Under the pieces are notes generated by a model. That model made no database searches and was not told where the DNA came from. It saw nothing but the letters and a program-made list of their open reading frames with translations. DNA of 63,345 bases, counting the filler. It is 8 parts of 8 records of this genome, joined end to end, with 100 filler letters (N's around TTAATTAATTAA, not from the genome) between each part and the next. Parts side by side here need not be neighbours in the genome. Positions count along the whole stretch, not along the records: positions 48,320 to 54,724 come from SRR31147125_22347; positions 54,825 to 63,345 come from SRR31147125_22359; 6 more parts are not named here. One strand, 5' to 3'. Numbering within the stretch: position 1 is the stretch's first letter; every line of letters starts with the position of its first letter. Of the stretch, positions 49,626-58,974 are shown in pieces. Both the position numbers and the translations under genes were made by a program.

Positions 49626-50579
49626 ATGAAAATTTTAGTTACAGCAACAAACTTTTCTACACTTTGTAAAGGTGCATATCAATATTTACTGGAAAAAGGT
49701 GTAGAAGTTGTAGAAAACACAAAAGGAAGACCATATGAATATGAAGAGTTAGTTGAAGTAGTTGGCGACATCGATGGTGTAATAGTTGGTGTTGATACTT
49801 GGAATGAAGATGTTTTTAAACACGCGCCGAAGCTAAAAGGGATGGCGAGATTTGGTGTTGGTATTGATAATATTGATCTTGAAGCTGCTAAGAAAAGAGA
49901 AATCAAGGTTTCTAATTGTAAAGGCATAAATGCAAACTCTGTTGCAGAACATGCTGTTGGACTGATTCTTTCTGTGTTAAGACAGATTCCTATGTTGGAT
50001 GCTACTACTAGACAGGGGAAATGGGTTAGAACAGCATGTAAAGAAATCAATGAGCTAACTGTTGGATTCTTAGGTTTTGGAGAGATTGCACAAAAAACTG
50101 CTATTAAGATCAAAGCTTTCGACCCTAAGATGATTGCCTATGACAAATATCCTAATATGCAAGCTGCGGATGAACTAGGGGTTGAGATGGTTGATGTTGA
50201 AAGACTTTATGCTGAAAGTGATATAATTTCAATTCATGTACCTAGTATTCCGGAGACTAAAAAGATGATGAACAAAGAAGTCTTTGATAAAATGAAAGAT
50301 GGTTCATATATTATAAATACAGCAAGAGGAGATATTGTCGATGAAGATGCTCTATATAATGCTCTTTCTAGCGGAAAGCTTGCAATGGCAGGCCTTGATG
50401 TTTATAGTCAAGAGCCGATAGGCAGAGACAATCCTCTATTAACACTTGACAATATTGTTGTAACGCCGCATGCGGGAGCAGAATCCTTAGGAGTATATGA
50501 CAAGTCTGGCTGGGCGACATCACAAGCATTGCTAGACGTATTTGATGGAAAAGATCCACATAATTATTTAAATAGATAG
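49626..50579 (+). CDS. D-isomer-specific 2-hydroxyacid dehydrogenase
   Basis: RFGVGIDNID, GFLGFGEIA, INTARG, TPH. Confidence 0.92.
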   Translation: MKILVTATNFSTLCKGAYQYLLEKGVEVVENTKGRPYEYEELVEVVGDIDGVIVGVDTWNEDVFKHAPKLKGMARFGVGIDNIDLEAAKKREIKVSNCKGINANSVAEHAVGLILSVLRQIPMLDATTRQGKWVRTACKEINELTVGFLGFGEIAQKTAIKIKAFDPKMIAYDKYPNMQAADELGVEMVDVERLYAESDIISIHVPSIPETKKMMNKEVFDKMKDGSYIINTARGDIVDEDALYNALSSGKLAMAGLDVYSQEPIGRDNPLLTLDNIVVTPHAGAESLGVYDKSGWATSQALLDVFDGKDPHNYLNR

Positions 50580-50683
50580 CTAAATAATGATAAACCAAAA
50601 GCATCTTATTCTTATGATTTTTTTGTAAGGATAAGGCGGGTTTGTTTAGTATACAAAAAAATGAATAAATCAGGAGAAGAAAG

Positions 50684-51598
50684 ATGATTTTTAGTAGCGG
50701 CGTATGGCCAACAATGATAGCAGCATTCACAGAAGATAACAAGATAGATATTAATGCTAATAAGATGATAGCAAGAAGATTTGTCAATCAAGGAACAAAT
50801 GGAATTTTTGCAGTTTGTCAATCCAGTGAGATGTTCTTTCTTTCAACAGAAGAAAAGGTTACGCTTGCGAAAACTGTTGTTGAAGAGGTTGCAGGCGAAG
50901 TTGATGTTTTGGTTTCGGGACATACATCAGATAGACTAGAAGACCAAATTAAAGAACTTGAAGAAATGGCAAAAACAGGAGCGGATGGTCTTGTACTTGT
51001 GACAAATAGATTGGATGTTGAAGAAAAAGGAATAGAAGAATTCAAAAAGAATATAATGTCAATTTTGGAGGCTATTCCAGATGTAGATTTTGGGCTATAT
51101 GAGTGTCCGTACCCAAAAATGAGATTGCTTACCGATGAAGAAGTAAAATGGTGTGCTTCGATAAATAGACTTAAGTTCTTGAAAGACGTATCTTGTAATG
51201 CTGATATTCAATCAAGACGTGTTGAGTTAGTAAAAGGAAGTTCATTAAAACTTTTTAATGCTAATACTCAAACTTTGCTCACTTCTCTTCAAAATGGATA
51301 TGATGGATATAACGGAATCATGGGTAACTTCCATATTGATATATATAAATGGCTTTATGTTAACTATAAATCTGAGCCAGAAAAAGCTGTGAGACTCCAA
51401 GAGTGGCTTACTGAGACTTGTGCAATCGAAGGAAAAGCTTATCCTGCAAATGTTAAGTTCTATTTAGCTGATGATGGTGAAGATATTTGCTGTGACATGC
51501 GTGTAAAACCAAACAGTAATTTAGATGTAGAAGAAAAACAAAAAGTTTATGACCTTAAGAAAAAAGAAATAGAGATTAAAGAATACTTGGGAATGTAA
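50684..51598 (+). CDS. Dihydrodipicolinate-synthase-family aldolase
   Basis: FAVCQSSE, GLYECPYP, FLKD (Schiff-base Lys). Confidence 0.88.
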   Translation: MIFSSGVWPTMIAAFTEDNKIDINANKMIARRFVNQGTNGIFAVCQSSEMFFLSTEEKVTLAKTVVEEVAGEVDVLVSGHTSDRLEDQIKELEEMAKTGADGLVLVTNRLDVEEKGIEEFKKNIMSILEAIPDVDFGLYECPYPKMRLLTDEEVKWCASINRLKFLKDVSCNADIQSRRVELVKGSSLKLFNANTQTLLTSLQNGYDGYNGIMGNFHIDIYKWLYVNYKSEPEKAVRLQEWLTETCAIEGKAYPANVKFYLADDGEDICCDMRVKPNSNLDVEEKQKVYDLKKKEIEIKEYLGM

Positions 51599-51695
51599 CA
51601 AAGTCTAAAATGTAACAAAGTCTAATAGGATATTTACATTCAAGCCCAGAGGATAACCTGACATCTGGTTATAATATTGTTTTGAAATTACCAAT

Positions 51696-51733
51696 AAAGA
51701 GGTTTGGAGCAAAATTTGCACCAAACCTCTTTT
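51696..51733. terminator. Bidirectional terminator between convergent genes
   Basis: AAAGAGGTTTGG ... CCAAACCTCTTTT. Confidence 0.75.
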
Positions 51734-51805
51734 ATGATTTTTAAATTTTTTACCTTGCTTATACCCTGCATTTAGCCGACTAAGCAATAACGACTAAATA
51801 GAAAG

Positions 51806-52702
51806 TTAAATCCCTAAATTCTCTTTGATATATTTTCTTGCTTTAAGGGCATATTCAAAAGGATTCGCTTTGGCAGGATCCTGCTCAGCCTCGACAACAA
51901 CCCAACCTTCATAGTTGCTTTTATCGATGATGTCAAATATAGGTTTGAAATCAAAGTCACCGTCACCAGGCACTGTGAATACACCACTATGTACAGCATC
52001 CAAAAACGAAAGCTTTTTATCAACAGCTTGGTTATATACATCCATTCTGATATCCTTTAGATGGATGTGAGCAGTTCTATCAATATATTTTTCTAATATT
52101 CTAGTACCAGCTTCGAAGTTGCCTTGAGAGAAGTTAAAATGTCCTGTATCGAATAAAAGATACACATTGTCGTTTGCCATTTCCATCAATCTATCCACTT
52201 CTTCAGGTGTCTCAATTTCAGTGCCCATATGATGGTGAATACAAAATTTCATCCCCTTTTTCTCAGCCATAGAACCCATTTTGTTTAGAACAGGAATAAC
52301 TTTTTCCCACTCGGCATCTGTCCAAACAGGTTTTCCGTCAAAAACAGGAACATCACGACCCTGAATACTACCACTCTGCTCGCTGACGCCAATTACTCTT
52401 GCTCCTAGTTCGTATATAAAATCCATATGCTTAGAAAATGCATCCAGCACAGCTTCTTCACCATCTTTTAGGATCATAGCAGAAAACCATGCATTACAGA
52501 TAACAAGATTCCTAAGATCCAAATGTTTTTTCAATACTTGTACATCTTTAGGGTATTTTGTCCCTACTTCGCTTCCCGAATAACCAGCAAGTGCCATTTC
52601 GCTAACGCACTGTTCAAATGTATTTTCCTTCCCAAGTTCTGGCAAGTCATCATTTGTCCATGCGATTGGAGCAATGCCTAGTTTTATTTTGTTTTTATCC
52701 AT
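51806..52702 (-). CDS. iolE: myo-inosose-2 dehydratase
   Basis: GIAPIAWTNDD, HHHMGT, FDTGH, HLKD, VEAEQDP. Confidence 0.95.
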   Translation of the reverse strand: MDKNKIKLGIAPIAWTNDDLPELGKENTFEQCVSEMALAGYSGSEVGTKYPKDVQVLKKHLDLRNLVICNAWFSAMILKDGEEAVLDAFSKHMDFIYELGARVIGVSEQSGSIQGRDVPVFDGKPVWTDAEWEKVIPVLNKMGSMAEKKGMKFCIHHHMGTEIETPEEVDRLMEMANDNVYLLFDTGHFNFSQGNFEAGTRILEKYIDRTAHIHLKDIRMDVYNQAVDKKLSFLDAVHSGVFTVPGDGDFDFKPIFDIIDKSNYEGWVVVEAEQDPAKANPFEYALKARKYIKENLGI

Positions 52703-52724
52703 TATAAATCTCCTTAATATCTCT

Positions 52725-53135
52725 TTATAAAGTCATTCTAGCAGTTGCATCTGTACTATAGCAACAACCGATAGAAATAACTGGTTTATTATATCGAATA
52801 CCTAATTCGCAAGTCACATATTGTGGACCAATAGCCAAAAAAGCATCTGTTTGTCCTATATCTTTCTTTACTTTATCGTATTCATCGTCACGAACATAAA
52901 AATCGTCGTTTTATGTAAAATATTCTGGTTCTAAAAATTCAACACCATTATAATTTATACTTTGTAATTGCTTTTTAAAGAGTTCGAAATTTTCACGACC
53001 TGCTTTTAGATCGTATTTTTCGTCCTGTTTGCTACCATTTGGTCTACATGGACCCGAATATGCTTCTTTATGCACCATATAAGTGTAGACAGGTTTTATT
53101 TTTAATGTTACATCGGGAGAAATTTGAATTCCCAT
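52725..53135 (-). pseudogene. Truncated gene with an internal stop, possibly a sugar-isomerase-like N-terminus
   Basis: AGGAGG RBS. After the TAA at 52913-52911 the same frame stays open and protein-like (NDDFYVRDDEYDKV...GCCYSTDATAR) to 52725. Confidence 0.5.
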
Positions 53136-53271
53136 GAGTTATCCTCCTAAAATATTTTTACGCATCATGACCGTAGTTATAAGTATATATAATTTTTTGG
53201 AATTCCTTAATGTTTTTGCCGTAAAAAATTAACAAAAAGGACAAAATATGCATTGATTTATTATTTTCACT

Positions 53272-54153
53272 ATGTATAATGACATTATGGAGCAAAATAA
53301 TAAGTTTTATAGTAAAACTCAATTTGTCAAAAATAGAATCAATGTTTGGAGAGAATCTCTAGACGTAGACTTTCCTATACACTATCATGATTACTCTGAA
53401 CTGGTTATTATAACTAAAGGAAGTGCGATTCATATTATTGATGGTATGGATTATAGTATTCAAGCTGGTGATGTGTATGTAATCAAAGGGAATACAACGC
53501 ATGGATTTAAGGAAGTGGAAAATCTAGTGTTGTACAATATTGCCTACACAGATGATGAACCTATTTTGGAATATGATTATTTACGTGTTATGTCGGGTTT
53601 TCATGCTCTTTTTTATGTGGAGCCTATGTGTAGAAAACCAATCGATTTTGAACATAAGCTCCATCTGCGACGAAACGATTTGATTTTTACTGAAAAATTG
53701 CTTGAAATAATGGCAAGTGAGGATGAAGAGGATTCGCAACTTAATAGAATAACAAGGATATATTTCACTACATTAATAACCTTTTTTTCTCGTCTATATG
53801 AACGAAATAGCATTAGTAGTATTACATTGGTTTCGGATGTGCTTGCTTATATAGAAAAAAATTATACGGAGCAATTTGAAATAGAAGACCTAGCCAATAA
53901 AGCACATGTATCGACTAGGCATTTTACACGCTTATTTATAAATAATTATAATATCACCCCAAAGCAATATATCATGAGACTACGCATGCAGCAGGCATGC
54001 AGGCAATTGATAGAAACGAAAAAGAGCATTAGGGATATTGCGTTGAGTTGTGGTTTTAACGATACAAATTATTTTTCCTATTACTTCAAAAAGAAACTTA
54101 ACACAACACCAAGAGCATATCGTATAGAAAAAGAGAGTAGCAATAATAAATAA
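53272..54153 (+). CDS. AraC-family regulator
   Basis: Cupin HYHDYSEL; C-terminal IALSCGFNDTNYFS..FKK. Confidence 0.93.
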   Translation: MYNDIMEQNNKFYSKTQFVKNRINVWRESLDVDFPIHYHDYSELVIITKGSAIHIIDGMDYSIQAGDVYVIKGNTTHGFKEVENLVLYNIAYTDDEPILEYDYLRVMSGFHALFYVEPMCRKPIDFEHKLHLRRNDLIFTEKLLEIMASEDEEDSQLNRITRIYFTTLITFFSRLYERNSISSITLVSDVLAYIEKNYTEQFEIEDLANKAHVSTRHFTRLFINNYNITPKQYIMRLRMQQACRQLIETKKSIRDIALSCGFNDTNYFSYYFKKKLNTTPRAYRIEKESSNNK

Positions 54154-54491
54154 GAAAATAGAAATTCTATATAAGAATTAAATCTTTTGAAGTGGAATTG
54201 ATTGTTTTTTGTTACTCAAATATCTTTATAAATTATTACTTAACATTTAAATTAAATAGTACTGAATTTTGATGAGTTTATTGTAATGTGAATAAATCAT
54301 TGATAATGGAGTATAAGCCTTTGTATTCATACAAGAGCTTTTTTATTTGAAATATTAACATATAGAGTAAATATTTGTGCACTAATAGTAATATTATGTC
54401 ATTTAAATGGTGTTGCTTTGTGTAAAAGTGTAAACTTATGCAAAGAAAGTGTAAAAAAATGTTGCAAATATAATTGAATGATGTTAATATA

Positions 54492-54509
54492 AATGTGCAC
54501 GTGAACATT
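54492..54509. promoter_or_regulatory. LacI-type operator candidate
   Basis: Near-perfect palindrome AATGTGCACGTGAACATT with central CG, 20 nt upstream of the LacI gene. Confidence 0.55.
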
Positions 54510-54528
54510 ATTGATTGGATGAACGAAT

Positions 54529-54724
54529 ATGAAAATGACTTCGAATGAAATAGCAAAATTAGCAAATGTATCAAGGGCAACGGTTTATAGAGTTATAAAC
54601 AATAAGCCAGGAGTTAAAGAAGATACTAAAAGACTGGTACAGCAAATTATCGAAAAACATAATTACGAGCCCAATATTGTAGGTAAGGTATTAGCAAATC
54701 AAAACAGACCGTATAAAATTGGGG
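54529..54724 (+). CDS. LacI-family regulator, 3'-truncated
   Basis: EIAKLANVSRATVYRVIN...NYEPN. Confidence 0.9.
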
Positions 54725-54824
54725 NNNNNNNNNNNNNNNNNNNNNNNNNNNNNNNNNNNNNNNNNNNNTTAATTAATTAANNNNNNNNNNNNNNNNNNNN
54801 NNNNNNNNNNNNNNNNNNNNNNNN
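54725..54824. other. Artificial contig linker
   Basis: N-run, TTAATTAATTAA, N-run. Confidence 0.99.
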
Positions 54825-55740
54825 TGTTTTCTGTAGGAATCGTGGCCTCTAACCTAGTTAAAAGAAAACTAATATCTTCATCAAAGATTTCTTTTTCAGG
54901 TAGAGTTAAAGTAGATGCAATTCCATTACTCGTCACATCTTTTGCTCTTATCAAAAATTTCCAATTCTTTTGTTTAATGTGCTCAAAATTGTTATATCCT
55001 TCATAACCTCTATCAGCAATAACAATAGTTTTTTCAGAAAAAATAGAATTTTTAACTATTTCTCTTAAGGCTTGTCCTTCGCTTGCTTCTCTTCCATTTT
55101 GAATAGAAGCATCAGTGTAAATTCTACTGCATAGATCATAAGCTGCATTTAAGTGTAAAGAATTATGTCCTTTTCCTCTTTTGTTTGGAAAATATGTTTT
55201 ATTATCATTAGGATTATGAGAAATCGTTATTTTTGAACCATCTATTGCAAGTAAACGATATCCTTTAAATTTATTTGAATTCAAAGATTTTTTATTAAAA
55301 TTATTAAATATGAACTGAAAGGCGTCATGTGATATTTTATCTCTTTGCTGTATGAAAGCAGATGCAGTAGGTAATTTTAAATCAAAAGAAAAATATTCGA
55401 GAAGTTTATTATTTAAACTTTTTCCACCAGTAGAAAGAATTATTTTGATAATATCCTTAAAAGTCAGTTTTCTATTTCTAGTAAAATCCTTATCAGGATT
55501 CTTAAGATAAAGGTAAGAACAGTTTTGCAGTTCATTAATAGTCATTTCTAAATTATTTTTAACACTTTCAATGTATTTATTCATTTGTATCCTCCTTAAA
55601 AGTAATTACTTTATAAGGGCTACGCCACAAAAAATTGAAAAAATGTCAAGTAAAATCAAGCAAAAAACTAAAAAAAACAGAGCATGATTTTTATCATACT
55701 CTGTTTTGAAAAATATTTAATTCTTAACTTAATGACATTG
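54825..55740 (-). mobile_element. IS4-family insertion sequence, left part (transposase 55584 to contig edge)
   Basis: FTRNRKLTF, SAFIQQR, LAIDGS and IADRGY motifs; terminal IR CAATGTCATTAAGTTAAG (55740-55723) next to CTAG. Confidence 0.88.
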
Positions 55741-55745
55741 CTAGT

Positions 55746-55835
55746 TTAAGTCTCTTTTTCTTTACTCAAAATTTCTATTTTTTTTAACGTTTCCATTAAA
55801 ATTTCAAAATTTTGACTTTCTGTTTTTTTATTCAT
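55746..55835 (-). CDS. 29-aa hypothetical peptide (not in ORF track)
   Basis: GGAGGT RBS; MNKKTESQNFEILMETLKKIEILSKEKET. Confidence 0.3.
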   Translation of the reverse strand: MNKKTESQNFEILMETLKKIEILSKEKET

Positions 55836-55992
55836 ACTATACCTCCATTCGAAGGTCGATAATACGAATATTTAATTTTACTATATTATACTAGAATAAG
55901 CAAACATACTTTTTCTATTTTCAGATAGGTAAGAGGCCAGGATTTGTTTAAAATACAGTCATATAGAATAACTAATATTTAAAATAATGGTT

Positions 55993-56412
55993 TTAATTAA
56001 GTCCTAATGCTTCTTTTTTTCTATCTATTTGGTGATCTACTACAAAATTTATATCTGTTTTTTCATAGTCTAAATTTCCAATAAGAAGTTTATTACCTGA
56101 AGCTATTATAAGCGATTTTGTTCTATCCTCTTCATTCGTTTCGTACCAATCAAAAAGTCTAAAAAGGTGAGTAATATATACAAACTTTTCGCCGTTTTCA
56201 TCTATTATTTGCCCCTTTGCCCTAACTTCATATAGCGTCTTATCATCAAATCGCATGATTAAATTTACTTTATCATCTTGAATTTTAAAGAAATAATAGG
56301 TTCCTTCATCAGCTGCTTTCCAAACCCCGTCAAATTCCCCTGCAAAAATAAAAGATGACATGATAACACATAAAACTAATATTATTTTTTTCATCTCACA
56401 CCTCTTGAACAT
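55993..56412 (-). CDS. Exported hypothetical protein
   Basis: Signal peptide MKKIILVLCVIMSSFIFA (likely true start), FDGVWK motif. Confidence 0.65.
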   Translation of the reverse strand: MFKRCEMKKIILVLCVIMSSFIFAGEFDGVWKAADEGTYYFFKIQDDKVNLIMRFDDKTLYEVRAKGQIIDENGEKFVYITHLFRLFDWYETNEEDRTKSLIIASGNKLLIGNLDYEKTDINFVVDHQIDRKKEALGLN

Positions 56413-56454
56413 TAATTATATATAATACATATTTTCCATACATACACTCATATT

Positions 56455-56832
56455 TCAATTTAGAATGTTAGGTATAACTGGGTTATAAACTTCTTCAGTC
56501 TCCTTGAAATCCCATGTCATCTCGATTACTCTTTTGAGAATTTCATATTCTTTTAAACCTAAGTATGAGAATGCAGTAAGGAAATCCACTTTATAACTGT
56601 TATTTGAAAAAAAGCAATAAGCTATTTTTAACATCATTTGAACTTCTGAATCCAAAAGATCTATTCCCGATACTGAACTTATATCTTTCATATAGTTCTC
56701 TTCAAAATCATAGAACTTTTCTTTTTTATCAAATAATTCTGGGATGTTCGAAATAATATATAATGCTGCTTTCCTTTCTTTGTCTTCAGAATGAACGTTA
56801 GCTCTTTCTAAAAGCTCTGTATACTTTGACAT
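56455..56832 (-). CDS. Hypothetical protein resembling DUF6075/DUF2538-type proteins of mobile elements
   Basis: D.ERKAALYI...YDF...MLKIAY.FF pattern; family assignment from recall. Confidence 0.5.
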   Translation of the reverse strand: MSKYTELLERANVHSEDKERKAALYIISNIPELFDKKEKFYDFEENYMKDISSVSGIDLLDSEVQMMLKIAYCFFSNNSYKVDFLTAFSYLGLKEYEILKRVIEMTWDFKETEEVYNPVIPNILN

Positions 56833-56999
56833 AGTTAGTTTATCTCTTTTTTATCTATATTAGTAGGTCAATTTATTTCACTTATATATTACCTTGATTT
56901 AGGGGAAAAGTAAATCTAATTAAAAGAACAGGCGATAGGCTTAGCCATTGATTCTACTTCATCAAAAAGAAAGAAATTTATCAGACCAGAATTATGTCT

Positions 57000-57269
57000 T
57001 AGAAAAATTTCCTAATAGAAATGTAATAACGCAGCAATCTGTAGACAAAATGATGAGAAAAAATTTAAAGAAGTTAAATATTCAGAATTAGGTTCACATC
57101 CCTTGGGACATACAAGAGCTATTATGCTACTTGATTATGGAATAGATATTGCAAAATTAAAATCGTTTTTGGGTATTTCGATTTAAAAAATATACTAATA
57201 TACTTAAAATATAGCAATGCTGCTTTAAAAGATTCTATCGATAAAGATAATAAAACCATAGGATTATGA
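57000..57269 (+). pseudogene. Tyrosine recombinase (integrase) remnant
   Basis: Fragments in different frames: SHPLGHTRAIMLLDYGIDIAKLKSFLG (degenerate HxLRH...LGH) and ILIYLKYS (catalytic Tyr region); boundaries approximate. Confidence 0.7.
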
Positions 57270-57477
57270 GCAATTAAATTCTACACTGTCCCTTAGAGCA
57301 CGGATGCTTTCCCTAGGCCTTATTAAAGTTTTATTTATAGAAATTAATATAAAACTTTAACAATAATACTTAACTTTAATAAAAGCATTAAAAAAACATA
57401 CAAAATTTTAATAAAAATATATAATTATTACGAACAGAGGAAAGATTAAAGGATTTTAAACAAAGAAAGGAGAAAAA

Positions 57478-58749
57478 ATGATTATTGTATTTGAAGGGCT
57501 ACATGGAAGTGGAAAAACAAGCCAAATTAAATTGCTAAAGAAATGGTTTGAAAAAGAAAAGAAAAAAGTATTCTATTCAAATTGGAATTCATTTCCACTA
57601 CTACAAGAACTAAATCAAAAGTTAAAGTTCTCTGAAGAATTGTCGCCATATTCTTCTTTGTTAATACATACTCTCGATTTAAATTTAAGATATGAGAAAA
57701 TTTTAAACGAATATGATCCTAGTAAGGATATAATAATTTTTGATAGATATATATATACAAGCTTAATTAGAGAAGGATTAAGAAATATTTCAAAAGAGAA
57801 AATAAAAATATTTAATGAAACATTTCCAGAACCTGATCTGACATTTTTTATTGATATTTCTCCAGAAAAAAGTAGAAAAAGAATGAGGTTAAATCTAGAA
57901 AAAAGATCTCCATATATTATTGGGAAAGATTTAAATTACTCTAATGAACTAGAAGAAAACTTCAATATATATTTAAATCGACAAAGAAAAGAATACCTTA
58001 ATTTATTTAGAGAGAGAAATGAAAATACATATATAATAAATGGAGAAAATGATATAGATTGTAATCATAAATATATTAAATCGATAGTTCAAAATGAATT
58101 AAAAAAAATTATTCTAAACGTTGAAAAAGAAATTAAAATAAAATTAACTAAAGAACAATTTAGCTTAATTAAAAAAAATATAAGAATTAAATGCAATAAC
58201 TCAAGAAAAATAAACCAAATTAACTATTATATTGATTCAAATGACTTTGAATTAAAGAGGAACAAAATTACTATAAAACTTAGAGAATATATTGGAAAAA
58301 AAGGATTAGAACTAACCCTAAAATACAATTTAAAAGAAATAGAAAAGTTTAGTTTAAAGCAAAAAAATGAAGTAATAAATTGGATAAATTTTTCAATAAA
58401 TGACATAATCGGTAATTCAAAAGTTAAAAAGCAGTTATTTCAGCAAATAAAATTAAATCTAAAGGAGTTTGCTAACTATGATGTGAAAAATGAGATTCGC
58501 ATCATGGGAAAGCTAATGACAGAAAGAGAGTTATATGCTATTCCGGGATTAGAAAAAAACGTCATTTTGGATAAAAGTTTTTATTTAAATGAGATAGATT
58601 ATGAATTAGAACTAGAAAGTGATAATTATAAATCAGATTTTGAAAAACTAAGAAAATACCTTGAGAAATGTGGAGATATTTCTATGAGTTTCAATAAATC
58701 TAAATCAAGTCGGTTTTTCGATAAATACAAAAATATTGATTGTTATTAA
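57478..58749 (+). CDS. Thymidylate-kinase-like / CYTH two-domain fusion
   Basis: N-terminal FEGLHGSGKTSQ P-loop, FDRY and PEPDLTFFID; C-terminal EKEIK (ExExK), QINYYID, ELTLK, DYELELE. Confidence 0.85.
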   Translation: MIIVFEGLHGSGKTSQIKLLKKWFEKEKKKVFYSNWNSFPLLQELNQKLKFSEELSPYSSLLIHTLDLNLRYEKILNEYDPSKDIIIFDRYIYTSLIREGLRNISKEKIKIFNETFPEPDLTFFIDISPEKSRKRMRLNLEKRSPYIIGKDLNYSNELEENFNIYLNRQRKEYLNLFRERNENTYIINGENDIDCNHKYIKSIVQNELKKIILNVEKEIKIKLTKEQFSLIKKNIRIKCNNSRKINQINYYIDSNDFELKRNKITIKLREYIGKKGLELTLKYNLKEIEKFSLKQKNEVINWINFSINDIIGNSKVKKQLFQQIKLNLKEFANYDVKNEIRIMGKLMTERELYAIPGLEKNVILDKSFYLNEIDYELELESDNYKSDFEKLRKYLEKCGDISMSFNKSKSSRFFDKYKNIDCY

Positions 58750-58824
58750 CTACTAACTTAAGTCGTAAAATTTTCATTACATATATTTTAATGAAATTAA
58801 TTAAGTATTGAAAGGGGGAGAAAA

Positions 58825-58908
58825 ATGAATAATTATAATAAACCAGTTTTAGTTAAAGAAACTAACGAAACAAAAGTTGCTAAAGTAATTTGCAGCGAGG
58901 AGTTATAA
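58825..58908 (+). CDS. Putative RiPP precursor peptide, 27 aa (not in ORF track)
   Basis: AAAGGGGGAG RBS at 58811-58820; MNNYNKPVLVKETNETKVAKVICSEEL contains YxxPxL; PqqD gene two genes downstream. Confidence 0.8.
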   Translation: MNNYNKPVLVKETNETKVAKVICSEEL

Positions 58909-58914
58909 GAAAAA

Positions 58915-58938
58915 AGAGCTAGCCTTACGGCTAGCTCT
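58915..58938 (+). terminator. Hairpin after the precursor gene (leaky terminator or mRNA stabiliser)
   Basis: AGAGCTAGCC-TTAC-GGCTAGCTCT perfect 10-bp stem; no U-tract on the + strand. Confidence 0.65.
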
Positions 58939-58974
58939 AAATGGAATTTAAAATATTAGAATTGTAGGAGAAAA

